Counted from the first letter of the stretch, positions 43,201-52,861 are shown. The stretch is DNA of 64,000 nucleotides from Candidatus Woesearchaeota archaeon (GCA_964447685.1 CAYUTI010000001.1:40338-104337); one strand, 5' to 3'. Numbers and translations are program-made. The notes: generated from the letters alone by a model not told the origin.

Positions 43201-43791
43201 TTAATTTGGTAAATCTTCTAGGTTTATAATGTTTTTGGATTCTATCCTTGAGCATGCTGTATTTATCCATATATCAATATCTGGGAAATTTTCTAGTTCA
43301 TTTACATTATTGAATAAGAAAATATAAGATTCTTTGTTTAATTTCTTTTTAAGTTCTAAAGCTTTTTTAAGATTATTTTGTCCGGGTTTTGTTGAAACTA
43401 TGATGCCTATTTTATCTGATAAAATAAATTGGGATTGTTTTGCTTTGATTTTCTTTTCGTGATCTTCTACTATCTTTGGGTCTAGTTGATGAAATAAGTT
43501 TGTTGCAGGATTAAGAACATAAACAGGTTTTTTAGTTTCTATTGCTATTCTAATAGGGTGAAACTGTCCTGTACCAATGAAAAGTATCGAGTCCACCTTT
43601 AAGTCTTTACAACAAGAAGCATTGCATCCTAGGATTTGACCTGCTATGATTGAGTTAGGTAATTTTTTTTGGATATCTTTTAGTTGATGGAGGTATTGAA
43701 CTGTTGTAGCTATTGCGAAAGAACCTTCTATTTTTACTTTAGAAACATCTATTGGTTCTGTTACTTCTGCTGGGATAAAAAGTGTTTTCAT
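43201..43791 (-). CDS. Dph2-like protein lacking the N-terminal domain
   Basis: 196 aa. It aligns by eye to roughly residues 100-330 of archaeal Dph2: 'GQILGCN', 'ILFIGTGQFHPIRIA', 'IGIIVSTKPGQ', 'INTACSRI'. Confidence 0.6.
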   Translation of the reverse strand: MKTLFIPAEVTEPIDVSKVKIEGSFAIATTVQYLHQLKDIQKKLPNSIIAGQILGCNASCCKDLKVDSILFIGTGQFHPIRIAIETKKPVYVLNPATNLFHQLDPKIVEDHEKKIKAKQSQFILSDKIGIIVSTKPGQNNLKKALELKKKLNKESYIFLFNNVNELENFPDIDIWINTACSRIESKNIINLEDLPN

Positions 43792-44321
43792 TTTTTAGAA
43801 ACTTTTAATTTTTCTACTACAGCTTTGTCAGAGATAATTGCTGAGTTTCCAGAAGGATCTTCTATAACAATCTTTAGTGGGATTTCTCCTAGAGATACTT
43901 TCCATAATTTTTTCAGTAAGTTTTTAGCATGTTTTTTAACTTCAGGTTCTTCTGATTCATCACGTTGTTGTTCTATTATTTCTTTAAACTTTTTTAATAA
44001 GCCTTCAATATTTGAAATGTAACCATCTGAAGCTGGACCTGGAGTGACTTCCATTTTCATCTTAGGAATCTTGACTGTTGCTTCTGAGGATTTTACAACT
44101 CTAATATTTTGATCTTTTTCATTATCTATAGTAATAGTTATTTTACAAGGTTCTTTTTGTTGCTCTGCTTCTACATCTGCTTTGTGGAATTTACAATTAG
44201 TACAAGTCATTGAGAATATGTAAACCTTACCAAAATAAGGTATCTCTTTCTCCTCTTCTCTTAGTGTTAGTGCCTTTTCATTGCAAAAAGGACATGGTTG
44301 ATTTTTTAGTTCATCAGTCAT
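43788..44321 (-). CDS. ZPR1-type zinc-finger protein
   Basis: 'CPFCNEKAL..IPYFGKVYIFSMTCTNCKF'. Confidence 0.8.
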   Translation of the reverse strand: MTDELKNQPCPFCNEKALTLREEEKEIPYFGKVYIFSMTCTNCKFHKADVEAEQQKEPCKITITIDNEKDQNIRVVKSSEATVKIPKMKMEVTPGPASDGYISNIEGLLKKFKEIIEQQRDESEEPEVKKHAKNLLKKLWKVSLGEIPLKIVIEDPSGNSAIISDKAVVEKLKVSKK

Positions 44322-44344
44322 AATGTTTAGAAATAAATAAGACT

Positions 44345-44764
44345 TTATAAATCTTCTTCTTCGTCAACTACTTGTGCTTTTTTAGAAGGTGCTCTATGAA
44401 CTTGAGCGAAAGCTGGAGTTGCTACAACCCAATCTTCACCAAAGCCTGCGATATCTCCTTCAATAGCATCACAAGTTTTTTTGATTTTGTTGATTGCTCT
44501 TTTAAGTTCGATTAAATCTTTATCTCTTAAAGGTTTAATATTAAGAAGTGTGATAGTATATCCTTCTCTTAAAGCATCTAAAGCAGGTTTTATATCTTCA
44601 AATTCATTAATGATAAATGGTTTTACAACAACCTTAGATCTCTTTTCAGCTCTTGGTGTTGAGTTAATCTCTATATAATCTTCTGAGAACTCGTCAGGGT
44701 ATTCAATACCTTGTTCATATGAGCCAATAAGCTTTTCTTTAAAGTCGGATAATAGCCTCTTCAT
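44345..44764 (-). CDS. sepF: SepF-like cell-division protein (DUF552)
   Basis: 'VVVKPFIINEFEDIKPALDALREGYTITLLNIKPL..CDAIEGDIAGFGEDWVVATP'. Confidence 0.8.
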   Translation of the reverse strand: MKRLLSDFKEKLIGSYEQGIEYPDEFSEDYIEINSTPRAEKRSKVVVKPFIINEFEDIKPALDALREGYTITLLNIKPLRDKDLIELKRAINKIKKTCDAIEGDIAGFGEDWVVATPAFAQVHRAPSKKAQVVDEEEDL

Positions 44765-44813
44765 TTTTTCTCCTTTTTTTATGAGTATAGTATTATTTAT
44801 AAAGATTTCTGTA

Positions 44814-45059
44814 TTATATTCTCTCTAATGAACTAACTATGTTCCATAATTGGGTTCTTGTGTAAGAAGGAACGTTTGGGTTTTCTGATAATTCATCCAG
44901 CTCTTGTAGGGTTTTATTAACTTTAACAGCAATCTCTTTTTCTTCTTTTAATGCTGCGATAGCACTTGTTATCTTAATTTTTACATTTTTAGGAGTACTA
45001 TCATCACATTCTAATTGATTTAATATTTCAATTACTTCTAAAATTATTTCTTCGCTCAT
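44814..45059 (-). CDS. UPF0147-family small helical protein
   Basis: 81 aa. 'DDSTPKNVKIKITSAIAALK' resembles the conserved archaeal UPF0147. Sits in the prefoldin-beta operon. Confidence 0.55.
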   Translation of the reverse strand: MSEEIILEVIEILNQLECDDSTPKNVKIKITSAIAALKEEKEIAVKVNKTLQELDELSENPNVPSYTRTQLWNIVSSLERI

Positions 45060-45394
45060 TTTTCTAGAGTTTTCATTACTTCTTCTTGAATAGGATTTAT
45101 TTGATTTTCTACTTCTTTTTCTTGTTTCTCTAAGTTTTTGATTCTTATTTCTGTGGTTTCTTTCTTTTCTTCTAATTCTTTTTTCAGATCTTCTTTATTT
45201 GATTCAATCATAACTGGTCCTACTATCTTGTAAGCTTGACCTTTAGTTTTTTCCAATTCTTTTAATGAGTTTTCTAATTCTAGAAGATGAGTTTGAAATT
45301 GTTGTTTTTGCATCAAGAAAGTTTGTAATCTTTGTTCTAGCATTTGTAATTTAGCGATTTTTTCTTCTATCTCTTTAGGTAATTTTTGAGTCAT
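45056..45394 (-). CDS. pfdB: prefoldin beta subunit
   Basis: 112-aa coiled-coil / beta-hairpin / coiled-coil pattern, 'AYKIVGPVMIE'. Confidence 0.85.
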   Translation of the reverse strand: MTQKLPKEIEEKIAKLQMLEQRLQTFLMQKQQFQTHLLELENSLKELEKTKGQAYKIVGPVMIESNKEDLKKELEEKKETTEIRIKNLEKQEKEVENQINPIQEEVMKTLEK

Positions 45395-45528
45395 TTTGCT
45401 TTTATGTTCTTAGCGTTTGTTCTTGGTTTAAATAGAATTTTTGAACCGCAATAAGGACACCTTATTCTTTTCTTTAAGTATTCTTTTTTGATTATTTTTC
45501 CACAGTCAAAACATTTATATGAGCTCAT
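45391..45528 (-). CDS. rpoP: DNA-directed RNA polymerase subunit P (Rpo12)
   Basis: Not in the ORF track (45 aa): 'MSSYKCFDCGKIIKKEYLKKRIRCPYCGSKILFKPRTNAKNIKAK'. ATGA overlaps with both neighbours. Confidence 0.8.
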   Translation of the reverse strand: MSSYKCFDCGKIIKKEYLKKRIRCPYCGSKILFKPRTNAKNIKAK

Positions 45529-45740
45529 TTTGGAGTGTAAGCCCTCCCAGTGAATTTAGCTTTACAAGAAGTACATTCATAGATTCCTGTTGAAACTCTC
45601 TTAACTGTTTTTTTTGAGCAGAATTCACATTTATGTCTCTGCTTCTGTTTGTTTTCTATTTCTAAGACACGTTTCTTTATTCTTTTACCGTACCTTACTC
45701 CGAAACGTCCTGCGGATCCAACTTTCTTTGTTTTTGGCAT
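45525..45740 (-). CDS. rpl37ae: 50S ribosomal protein L37Ae (eL43)
   Basis: 'KKVGSAGRFGVRYGKRIKKR' plus the zinc ribbon 'CEFC..CTSC'. Confidence 0.9.
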   Translation of the reverse strand: MPKTKKVGSAGRFGVRYGKRIKKRVLEIENKQKQRHKCEFCSKKTVKRVSTGIYECTSCKAKFTGRAYTPK

Positions 45741-45780
45741 TTTTAATTTGAGTTATTTTGTGTTTTTAAAGGTTTGGGTA

Positions 45781-45854
45781 TGGGGCTGCCCGGATTTGAA
45801 CCGGGGTCTACGGGTCCCAAACCCGCAATGATAGCCAAGCTACACTACAGCCCC
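45781..45854 (-). tRNA. tRNA-Pro(TGG)
   Basis: Acceptor GGGGCTG/CAGCCCC. Anticodon arm GCGGG-TTTGGGA-CCCGT. T-arm CCCGG-TTCAAAT-CCGGG. Confidence 0.85.
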
Positions 45855-45894
45855 TTGATAACAAAAATAAGAAAAAAGCAATTTATAAAGCTTA

Positions 45895-46587
45895 TTATTC
45901 TTTCTTTTCTTCAGCTGAAGCTTCTTCTTTAGGTTTCTCGTCCTCTGCAGGAGCTTCGCCTTCTTTAGCTTCTTCAGCAACAGCTTCTTTAGGTTTTTCT
46001 TCAGCAGCTTCTGCTTTCTTTATTTTTTCTAATTCTTTAGCTAAAGATGCTTTTACTTCTTCTAATTGTTTTTTAAGCTTTGAAGTTTTTTCAGGAGGTA
46101 CATTAGTCTTACCTGCTTCAATTTCAGAATTATATTTTCCTTCGTCAACTTCTTGACAAAATTCAGATCCAGTTTTTCCTTCAACTAAAAGTCCCATTGA
46201 ATTGCAAGTACCTGCTACAGATTTTACTGCGGACTTTAAATTAGGAGAATACATTGAATCTTTTTTCATTTGAGCAATTTTAATTACTTGTTCTACTGCT
46301 AAATTTGCTTTCTTTTCTTTATCAGGAAGTCCTGATCCTTTTTGTAAATTTATTTCTTTTTTGATTAGTTCTGAAGTTGGAGGTGTTCCTACTTCAATTG
46401 TGAAATCTTTAGTTTTTTCGTCAACATCTAAGGTTACAGGAACCTTCATACCTGCAAAAGCTTTAGTCTTTTCATTAACTTTTGCTAGAACATTAGCTAT
46501 GTTTATTTTTAGAGGTCCTAAAACCTGTCCTACTTGAGGACCTGCTGAGGCCTTTCCCCCATCCACCATTAAGTCAATTTTTACCAT
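45895..46587 (-). CDS. rpl11: 50S ribosomal protein L11 (uL11) with ~65-aa charged C-terminal extension
   Basis: 'VDGGKASAGPQVGQVLGPLKINI', 'FTIEVGTPPTSELIKK', then an A/E/K/P-rich tail. Confidence 0.9.
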   Translation of the reverse strand: MVKIDLMVDGGKASAGPQVGQVLGPLKINIANVLAKVNEKTKAFAGMKVPVTLDVDEKTKDFTIEVGTPPTSELIKKEINLQKGSGLPDKEKKANLAVEQVIKIAQMKKDSMYSPNLKSAVKSVAGTCNSMGLLVEGKTGSEFCQEVDEGKYNSEIEAGKTNVPPEKTSKLKKQLEEVKASLAKELEKIKKAEAAEEKPKEAVAEEAKEGEAPAEDEKPKEEASAEEKKE

Positions 46588-46589
46588 TT

Positions 46590-47057
46590 TTATTCTTCTT
46601 CTGAGTTTTCTTCTCCATCTCTCCTTATAACTTTTACGGAATCCATTTTAACTGTAATTGGAATTGGAACTGCTGCTTCTAATAATTCAACAACAACTTC
46701 TTCTTTAGTTTTATCGATTCTTGTAATTTTTGCATTTTCTCTTTTGAATGGTCCAGAGATAATTTCAACAATATCATTTTTCTTTATGTTAATTGGTGCT
46801 TTTACTTGTTCTAACATATGTTCAATTTCTTTATAGTCAATAGGTGCAGGCAATAGTCCTCTTGCATATGGAACTCCATGGAAAGATTCTTCTGCAGTTT
46901 CTCTATCTTCTGCTTCTATAAAAATATAACCTCTTAATCCATGAGGTCTGATTAAAGAATATACTGCTAAATTTTTCTTCTGTATGTGAGAAGCTAGAAA
47001 ATCAAATACTTGATCTTCCCTATTTGCAGTTGTTCTTAAAGCGAATATTTGTGTCAT
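46590..47057 (-). CDS. spt5: transcription elongation factor Spt5 (NusG)
   Basis: NGN domain 'IFALRTTANREDQV' and KOW 'KKNDIVEIISGPFKRENAKITRID'. Confidence 0.9.
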   Translation of the reverse strand: MTQIFALRTTANREDQVFDFLASHIQKKNLAVYSLIRPHGLRGYIFIEAEDRETAEESFHGVPYARGLLPAPIDYKEIEHMLEQVKAPINIKKNDIVEIISGPFKRENAKITRIDKTKEEVVVELLEAAVPIPITVKMDSVKVIRRDGEENSEEE

Positions 47058-47236
47058 TTTGCTAAATTACCTATCATTTGTATCAAAAAACCAATTAATC
47101 CGATTAATAAAATACCTATTCCTGATACTTTTACAATAGCTTTAAACTCTTCTGTATTAGGTTTCTTAGTAATTTTAAGTACTCTAATGCTTTCTTTAGT
47201 AAAGCTCTTTAATTTAGTCATCTGATTAGTTAACAT
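47054..47236 (-). CDS. secE: preprotein translocase subunit SecE (Sec61-gamma)
   Basis: 60 aa with a single C-terminal TM. Conserved position upstream of spt5 and rpl11. Confidence 0.75.
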   Translation of the reverse strand: MLTNQMTKLKSFTKESIRVLKITKKPNTEEFKAIVKVSGIGILLIGLIGFLIQMIGNLAK

Positions 47237-47275
47237 ATGAGAAAATTAGAAAAAAAGGGTATTTAAAGGTTTTGG

Positions 47276-48436
47276 CTAATCTACGAATTCTATTCCTAAT
47301 TCTTCCTCTATTTCAGACTTAGCTTTTTGAGAAACTTTCTTCCTAGGTCCGAAGATTTGTGGTGAATTAACACCTGTTACGATCATCATTGCTCTTATAG
47401 TATCTTGAAGATCTTCTTGGATTTGTGCTCCCCAGATAATTCTAGCATCTTCATCTAGTTTTTCTGAAACAGTTTCTACAACTCTTCTTGCTTCTTCTAG
47501 AGTCATATCAGGTCCACCAGATACATTGATTAAAGCTCCTGTAGCACCAGCAATGTCTACGTCCAGTAAAGGATTTGAAATTGCTTTTTCTACTGCTTCA
47601 ACTGCTCTGTTTTCGGTATCTGATTCACCTACGCCAATCATTGAAACTCCTCCTTTGCCCATTACAGTTCTAATATCTGCAAAGTCTAGGTTAACTAAAC
47701 CTGCTTTAGTAACTAGTTCTGCAATTCCTTTTACAGCATTGGTTAGAATTTCATCTGCTACTTTGAATGCTGTGTGTAAAGGTAAGTCTGGAGCTAATTC
47801 TAAAAGTTTATCATTTGGAATGACTATTAATGTATCTACAATATTTTCTAATTTTTCTAAGCCCATAATTCCGTTTTCATATCTTCTTTGACCTTCCATC
47901 TCGAAAGGTATTGTAACTATTCCAACGGTTAAAGCACCTAATTTTTTTGCAATATCTGCAACTACTGGAGCTGAACCTGTACCTGTTCCTCCTCCTAAAC
48001 CGCAGGTGATAAAAATCATGTCTGCGCCTTGTAATTTTGATTTTATTTCATGTTCGGATTCTCTTGCAGCTTCTTCACCTACTTGGGGTATTGATCCTGC
48101 ACCTAATCCTTGAGTTAATTCTCTTCCAATTAAAATTTTTGCATCTGCATTAGTATATAATAAATCTTGAGCATCTGTATTGATGGCTAAAGTTTCTGCT
48201 CCAGTTATACCTACTTCTGTAATTCTATTGATAGTATTATTCCCTGCACCACCTGCACCAACTACTTTTATTTTTGCTTTTTGTTTAGCAAGAATTTGTT
48301 CTAATTCAGCATCTATATCTGATCTTTTCATAGGAGCCCCAGATTTGCTAATTAGTCCTCTTGGTACTGAAGTTTCCTCAGTATATACGTCTTGTGGGAT
48401 GTCTTCTCGGTTTTCTTCTTCAAATATGCTATCCAT
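47276..48436 (-). CDS. ftsZ: cell-division GTPase FtsZ
   Basis: 'GAGGAGNN' and '[13 protein letters not shown]' tubulin signature. Confidence 0.95.
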   Translation of the reverse strand: MDSIFEEENREDIPQDVYTEETSVPRGLISKSGAPMKRSDIDAELEQILAKQKAKIKVVGAGGAGNNTINRITEVGITGAETLAINTDAQDLLYTNADAKILIGRELTQGLGAGSIPQVGEEAARESEHEIKSKLQGADMIFITCGLGGGTGTGSAPVVADIAKKLGALTVGIVTIPFEMEGQRRYENGIMGLEKLENIVDTLIVIPNDKLLELAPDLPLHTAFKVADEILTNAVKGIAELVTKAGLVNLDFADIRTVMGKGGVSMIGVGESDTENRAVEAVEKAISNPLLDVDIAGATGALINVSGGPDMTLEEARRVVETVSEKLDEDARIIWGAQIQEDLQDTIRAMMIVTGVNSPQIFGPRKKVSQKAKSEIEEELGIEFVD

Positions 48437-48496
48437 TTTCTACCTCATTTTAAGAATGATATTTGTTTATTAGGTAGAAGTTGTATTTAAAGATAA

Positions 48497-49150
48497 TTAT
48501 TCTTTAGTAGTTGTTTTAGAGTTGTTAAATTCAATCTCTTTTAATTCAGGTATTAAAGATTTCAGTTTGTCTTCTATAGGCTTTTGTAGTACATCTGGAA
48601 TGTTTTTAATAATTAACTTGTTATCTTTTAAATTTGTTTCAATAGGAAAATTAATAATGCTTAGGATTACATCTGCTTTCTCTTTTATATCTGTAATTAT
48701 CTTTTTAATTGTAACTTCATAGGTCACTGCTTTGTCTGCTAAAGGATGATTAAAATCTACAATTACTCTTCCTGATGAAACTGATCTTACTATACCTATT
48801 TGATTGTCAATATTAACTTGTAAACCTGGAAAAGGTGTTATTTTTTGGTCTTTGAACTTTTTTAATGGGATAATCTTGATTAATTTATTCTCTTTTTTTC
48901 CAAAAGCTTTTTCTGCTGGGATGTTTATTGTAAAGGTTTTATTTACTTCTTTATTTGGTAAGGCTTCATCTAGGCCTGGGATAACAAATTGTTGACCTTG
49001 GCAGATTTTAATAGGTTTGTAAGTGATATCTTTATTATAAATCTTAAATTTTTTAGCCTCTTCTTCTTTAGTTAAATCAAAAACTTGGTCAGTATTTGAT
49101 ATCTTTGCGATATAATCAAACTCTAGGAAATCTCCTTTTTTAGTTTTCAT
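48497..49150 (-). CDS. FKBP-type peptidyl-prolyl cis-trans isomerase (SlyD-like)
   Basis: 'KKGDFLEFDYIAK', 'FVIPGLDEAL', 'DFNHPLA'. Confidence 0.75.
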   Translation of the reverse strand: MKTKKGDFLEFDYIAKISNTDQVFDLTKEEEAKKFKIYNKDITYKPIKICQGQQFVIPGLDEALPNKEVNKTFTINIPAEKAFGKKENKLIKIIPLKKFKDQKITPFPGLQVNIDNQIGIVRSVSSGRVIVDFNHPLADKAVTYEVTIKKIITDIKEKADVILSIINFPIETNLKDNKLIIKNIPDVLQKPIEDKLKSLIPELKEIEFNNSKTTTKE

Positions 49151-49250
49151 GTTTAAAATTGTTTTTTTACCTTTTATATATATTTTGATTTTTTAATGTA
49201 ATCACTTTAGGATGTAAATCTTTATATATTAGTTTTTATTAGTAAATTTC

Positions 49251-49478
49251 ATGGGTACTGAATGGAGACGATACGTAGATCCCTTACTTAGAGAACATTT
49301 GTTAGCACAAATAAATGAAACGAGGGATCAAAAGAAAGCTATTGTTAAGGCTTCTAATAAAGCTAATGCTCAATTATGGATTGCTGTTGCTAATTTGTCT
49401 AAGCAAGTTTTTGATTTAAATTTAAAGTTAAATTACTTAGAAAGGGCTTTACAAGACATTGGTAGAAAAAAAGAGTAA
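49251..49478 (+). CDS. hypothetical small coiled-coil protein
   Basis: 75-aa ORF with no recognised family. Confidence 0.4.
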   Translation: MGTEWRRYVDPLLREHLLAQINETRDQKKAIVKASNKANAQLWIAVANLSKQVFDLNLKLNYLERALQDIGRKKE

Positions 49479-49511
49479 ACTTTATAAATGGGCTTTTTTC
49501 TTTAAGTTGTT

Positions 49512-49907
49512 ATGGGAGATATAAAACAAACTCATGCTACTTCATTAAAAAAAGGAAGTTATGTTATTTTTGATGGTTTAGCTTGTGTTGTAAGAAGTGT
49601 TCAAACCTCTAGACCTGGTAAACATGGTCATGCTAAATGTAGAGTTGAAGCGGTTAGTATGATTGGTAGTAAAAAGATAATCAAGATTATGCCTGGTCAT
49701 GATAAGGTTGATGTTCCTATTATTGAAAAGAGAACTGCCCAAGTTTTGAGTGTTTCTGGAGAGAAGGCAAGTGTAATGGATTCTGAAACCTTTGAAACAT
49801 TTGAGTTAGAAATACCTGAAGAGTTGAAAGGTGAGATTAAAGATGGCATTGAAGTGCTCTATTGGGTAATCTTAGATGATAAAATTATAAAACAAATAAA
49901 GAGTTAA
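49512..49907 (+). CDS. eif5a: translation initiation factor 5A (aIF5A)
   Basis: Hypusination loop 'TSRPGKHGHAKCRVEA'. Confidence 0.95.
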   Translation: MGDIKQTHATSLKKGSYVIFDGLACVVRSVQTSRPGKHGHAKCRVEAVSMIGSKKIIKIMPGHDKVDVPIIEKRTAQVLSVSGEKASVMDSETFETFELEIPEELKGEIKDGIEVLYWVILDDKIIKQIKS

Positions 49908-49908
49908 A

Positions 49909-50070
49909 ATGGTAAAATTTCCTGAAGCTAATATTCGAAGAACATATAGAATTTTCATTTGTAAAAAATGTAAAACAAAAAAGAGGGCATCACCGCTTAA
50001 GATTAACCTAGGTTTAGTTAGTTGTAGGAGATGCGGTGGAAAGAGGTTTAGAACCCCGCGTAAAAGATGA
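49909..50070 (+). CDS. rpl40e: 50S ribosomal protein L40e (eL40)
   Basis: Not in the ORF track (53 aa): 'MVKFPEANIRRTYRIFICKKCKTKKRASPLKINLGLVSCRRCGGKRFRTPRKR'. ATGA overlap with the next gene. Confidence 0.8.
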   Translation: MVKFPEANIRRTYRIFICKKCKTKKRASPLKINLGLVSCRRCGGKRFRTPRKR

Positions 50071-51245
50071 ACTTAGATTTGCTCTTTGCAATTCTTTTTT
50101 ATGGTTTATTGATCTTGTTTTTTTTAAAGCATAAAGATAAATTTGAAATACAAGGTAAGATTATCGCTTTGTATAAAACTAAGCTTGGTTTGAAATTAAT
50201 GGATAGATTAGCTAAGTTGAAAGGATTTGTGTTTTTTGGTTATCTTGGTGTGGTTGTTGGTTTTTTAGGGATGGGTTATATTTTTTATATTTTGATAAGT
50301 AAAACTGTTGGTTTTGTTCTGAATGGAGGAATTCCTCCTTTGGCTCCGGTTTTACCTGGAGTGACGATTCCTGGAATGCCTACTTTGGGATTTTGGCATT
50401 GGATTATTGCTATTTTTGTTGTTGCGGTATTACATGAGTTTAGTCATGGTATCTTAGCTAGGGCTCATGGATTGAAAGTTAAAAGTTCTGGTTTTGCACT
50501 TTTTGGTCCTATCTTAGCTGCTTTTGTTGAACCTGATGAAAAACAAATGGAAAAGGCTAGTAAGAAATCTCAATTAAGCGTTTATGCTGCTGGACCTTTC
50601 ATGAATATTGTTACAGGTTTCGTGTTTTTACTTTTATTAAACTATGGAGGAATGGCTTTACAGGAGAATGCTTTTGATATCAATGGAATCATGGTTGGTG
50701 AAATCGTTGATGGAAGTCCTGCTTTTGAATCTGGAATGGAAGCACCTTTAATTATAGAAAGTGTTAATGGGCAGATTATTGATAATCCTGAGGTTTTTGT
50801 TTCTGTGTTGGATGGCATTGAACCTGGTGATACTTTAGAGTTTGGTACAGATTTAGGTGATTATTCGGTTATTACGGTTGAGCATCCTGATAACTCTTCT
50901 AAGGGTTATGTAGGAATTTCTGGATTAACCCTTAATTATGAATTAGAAGAAGGAAGAAGTTCTTTATGGAATGGAATCTTTTGGATTAATCTTTTATTGC
51001 TGTGGTTATTTGTTATTAGTATAGGTATCGCTTTGTTTAATCTATTACCTATTGGGCCTGTTGATGGTGGAAGAATGTTTTATGTTTTATGTTTAAGTTT
51101 GTTTGATAAGTCTAAAGCTCAGAAAATTTGGACTTTTGTTAGTTTCTTTATTTTGGTACTGATAATCATTAATTTATTACCTTGGATTACAAAATTATTT
51201 GTTTGGTTATTTCATACTTTAGTATTTTTAATAACTTTATTCTAG
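50067..51245 (+). CDS. site-2 protease (peptidase M50) with PDZ domain
   Basis: 'HEFSHG', 'NLLPIGPVDGG', multiple TM helices and a central PDZ-like segment. Confidence 0.85.
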   Translation: MNLDLLFAILFYGLLILFFLKHKDKFEIQGKIIALYKTKLGLKLMDRLAKLKGFVFFGYLGVVVGFLGMGYIFYILISKTVGFVLNGGIPPLAPVLPGVTIPGMPTLGFWHWIIAIFVVAVLHEFSHGILARAHGLKVKSSGFALFGPILAAFVEPDEKQMEKASKKSQLSVYAAGPFMNIVTGFVFLLLLNYGGMALQENAFDINGIMVGEIVDGSPAFESGMEAPLIIESVNGQIIDNPEVFVSVLDGIEPGDTLEFGTDLGDYSVITVEHPDNSSKGYVGISGLTLNYELEEGRSSLWNGIFWINLLLLWLFVISIGIALFNLLPIGPVDGGRMFYVLCLSLFDKSKAQKIWTFVSFFILVLIIINLLPWITKLFVWLFHTLVFLITLF

Positions 51246-51286
51246 AATATAAATATTTATAAATCTTATTTTGATTAATTTTTTTA

Positions 51287-51535
51287 ATGAAAACTTATGA
51301 TGAAAATGGAAAATTGATTTTGAATACAAGTGACGAGTTCCAGGTTTATTTTACTTTATTGGGTTTATATAGTGCCACACAAAAACCTATTTTTAAATCA
51401 ACTCTATTGAAGGAATTGGGTGAAGTTATATTCTCTGTTGATTCTGCTTTAGATCATTTAGGTGAGGTTGGTGCAGTTAAGAGATATTGGACTTCTGATC
51501 AAGAATTAGAACAAATCATACCTATTGATTCTTAA
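51287..51535 (+). CDS. hypothetical protein
   Basis: 82-aa ORF with no recognised family. Confidence 0.4.
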   Translation: MKTYDENGKLILNTSDEFQVYFTLLGLYSATQKPIFKSTLLKELGEVIFSVDSALDHLGEVGAVKRYWTSDQELEQIIPIDS

Positions 51536-52220
51536 GAATGTAAATATATCTTGTTAGAGATCTATTTATCCTTGAAGGTATTATCTTGATTACTTTGTAA
51601 TTTGTTATTTTTATCTTCTTAGGGAAGGTGATTACCATGATTCCATCTTTTTTTAATATTGTTTTAGCATTGTTTAAGAAGTCTTTGTAAAGGTTTTTTT
51701 GAACTGTTGTTGAACGTCCAAAAGGAGGATCTGTTGCAATTGCGTCTGCTTTGATTTTTATTTTGGTTGCGTCTGCTTGGATTAACTTTGCTTTTTGTTT
51801 GAAATATTTGAGATTTGTTTTTGCTCTTTCTATCATATTTTTGTCAATATCTACACCTATTGGTTTTAGTTTTAGTAATGAAGCTTCTATTAAGATTGAA
51901 CCTGTTCCACAGAAAGGATCTAAAAGTGTTTGATTCTCTTTAATCCCTGTCAAGTTGATTAGAGTTCTTGCTAGTTTTGGTTGGATTGTTGCAGGATGTT
52001 TTGCTGGACGTTTTTCTGGAACTCTATCTTTGAAAGAAGTTTCATGGATTAATTTATTATTTTCATAAATCTTTTTTGTTTGTGCTAGTCTTGTTAAATC
52101 TTTTTTTGTGTTTAGGGTTAATCTATTCTCTTCTAGTTTGTATTTCTTTGGTTTGATAATTGTTAGTGCTTCTGTTAGTGAGAGTTCCAGGTTTTCTTTT
52201 GATAAGATTAGTGTTTTCAT
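51522..52220 (-). CDS. Trm11/Trm-G10-like RNA methyltransferase (short form)
   Basis: 'LLDPFCGTGSILIEA' and 'ATDPPFG'. Paralogous catalytic core to the ORF at 34440. Confidence 0.7.
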   Translation of the reverse strand: MKTLILSKENLELSLTEALTIIKPKKYKLEENRLTLNTKKDLTRLAQTKKIYENNKLIHETSFKDRVPEKRPAKHPATIQPKLARTLINLTGIKENQTLLDPFCGTGSILIEASLLKLKPIGVDIDKNMIERAKTNLKYFKQKAKLIQADATKIKIKADAIATDPPFGRSTTVQKNLYKDFLNNAKTILKKDGIMVITFPKKIKITNYKVIKIIPSRINRSLTRYIYILKNQ

Positions 52221-52861
52221 TTTATTTTTTTAAAAAATCCAAATAGAGTTGATATTTCTCTTGAGGTGGGTTGAGACTTTCCAATTATTCTTTTCCACAA
52301 TATTTTATATTTCTCTGGTGTTTTAAGATTTAAATTATCTGTTTTTTTGTTAATTAGTTTTAGTAATTGTTCTTTTTGATTTTTAGTTGCTAAGGTTATA
52401 GTAGATTCTTTATTGAAAATTTCATAGAAAATAATTGTTGCGGCATGTGAGAGATTTAGTGTGGGATATGATTTTGAAGAAGGAATATTGATAAGATAAT
52501 CACATTGCTCAATTTCTTCATTTGATAATCCATGTGATTCTCTCCCTAATAGAATTGCAGTTTGTTTATTTGGTTTGAAATCTTTTAGTTCTATTGGTGT
52601 TCTTGTTGTATTATAATCTCTTCCTATAATTGCAGTTGTTGCAACTAGTTCTGAAGCTTTGATTTGTTTTATATTTTTTAGAATCTTGGCTTTTTTTAAG
52701 ATATCTTTTGCATGTGATGCTCTATCTAAAGATTCTTTATCTAAGTGATTACATTTAGGATTGATTAGAATTAATTCTTTTAAATTGAAGTTTTTCATTG
52801 CTCTTGCTATTGCACCAATGTTTCCTGAAGTTTCTGGTTCAACTAAAACTATTTTTACCAT
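52217..52861 (-). CDS. SpoU-class RNA 2'-O-methyltransferase (TrmJ-like)
   Basis: 'IVLVEPETSGNIGAIARAMKNF', 'LLGRESHGLSNEE', 'IPSSKSYPTLNLSHA'. Confidence 0.8.
   Translation of the reverse strand: MVKIVLVEPETSGNIGAIARAMKNFNLKELILINPKCNHLDKESLDRASHAKDILKKAKILKNIKQIKASELVATTAIIGRDYNTTRTPIELKDFKPNKQTAILLGRESHGLSNEEIEQCDYLINIPSSKSYPTLNLSHAATIIFYEIFNKESTITLATKNQKEQLLKLINKKTDNLNLKTPEKYKILWKRIIGKSQPTSREISTLFGFFKKIK

Noticed and set aside
47526-48473. 121-aa and 97-aa ORFs antisense to ftsZ
   Set aside because: The Gly/Ala-rich (GC-richer) ftsZ sequence leaves the opposite strand open. FtsZ identity is unambiguous.
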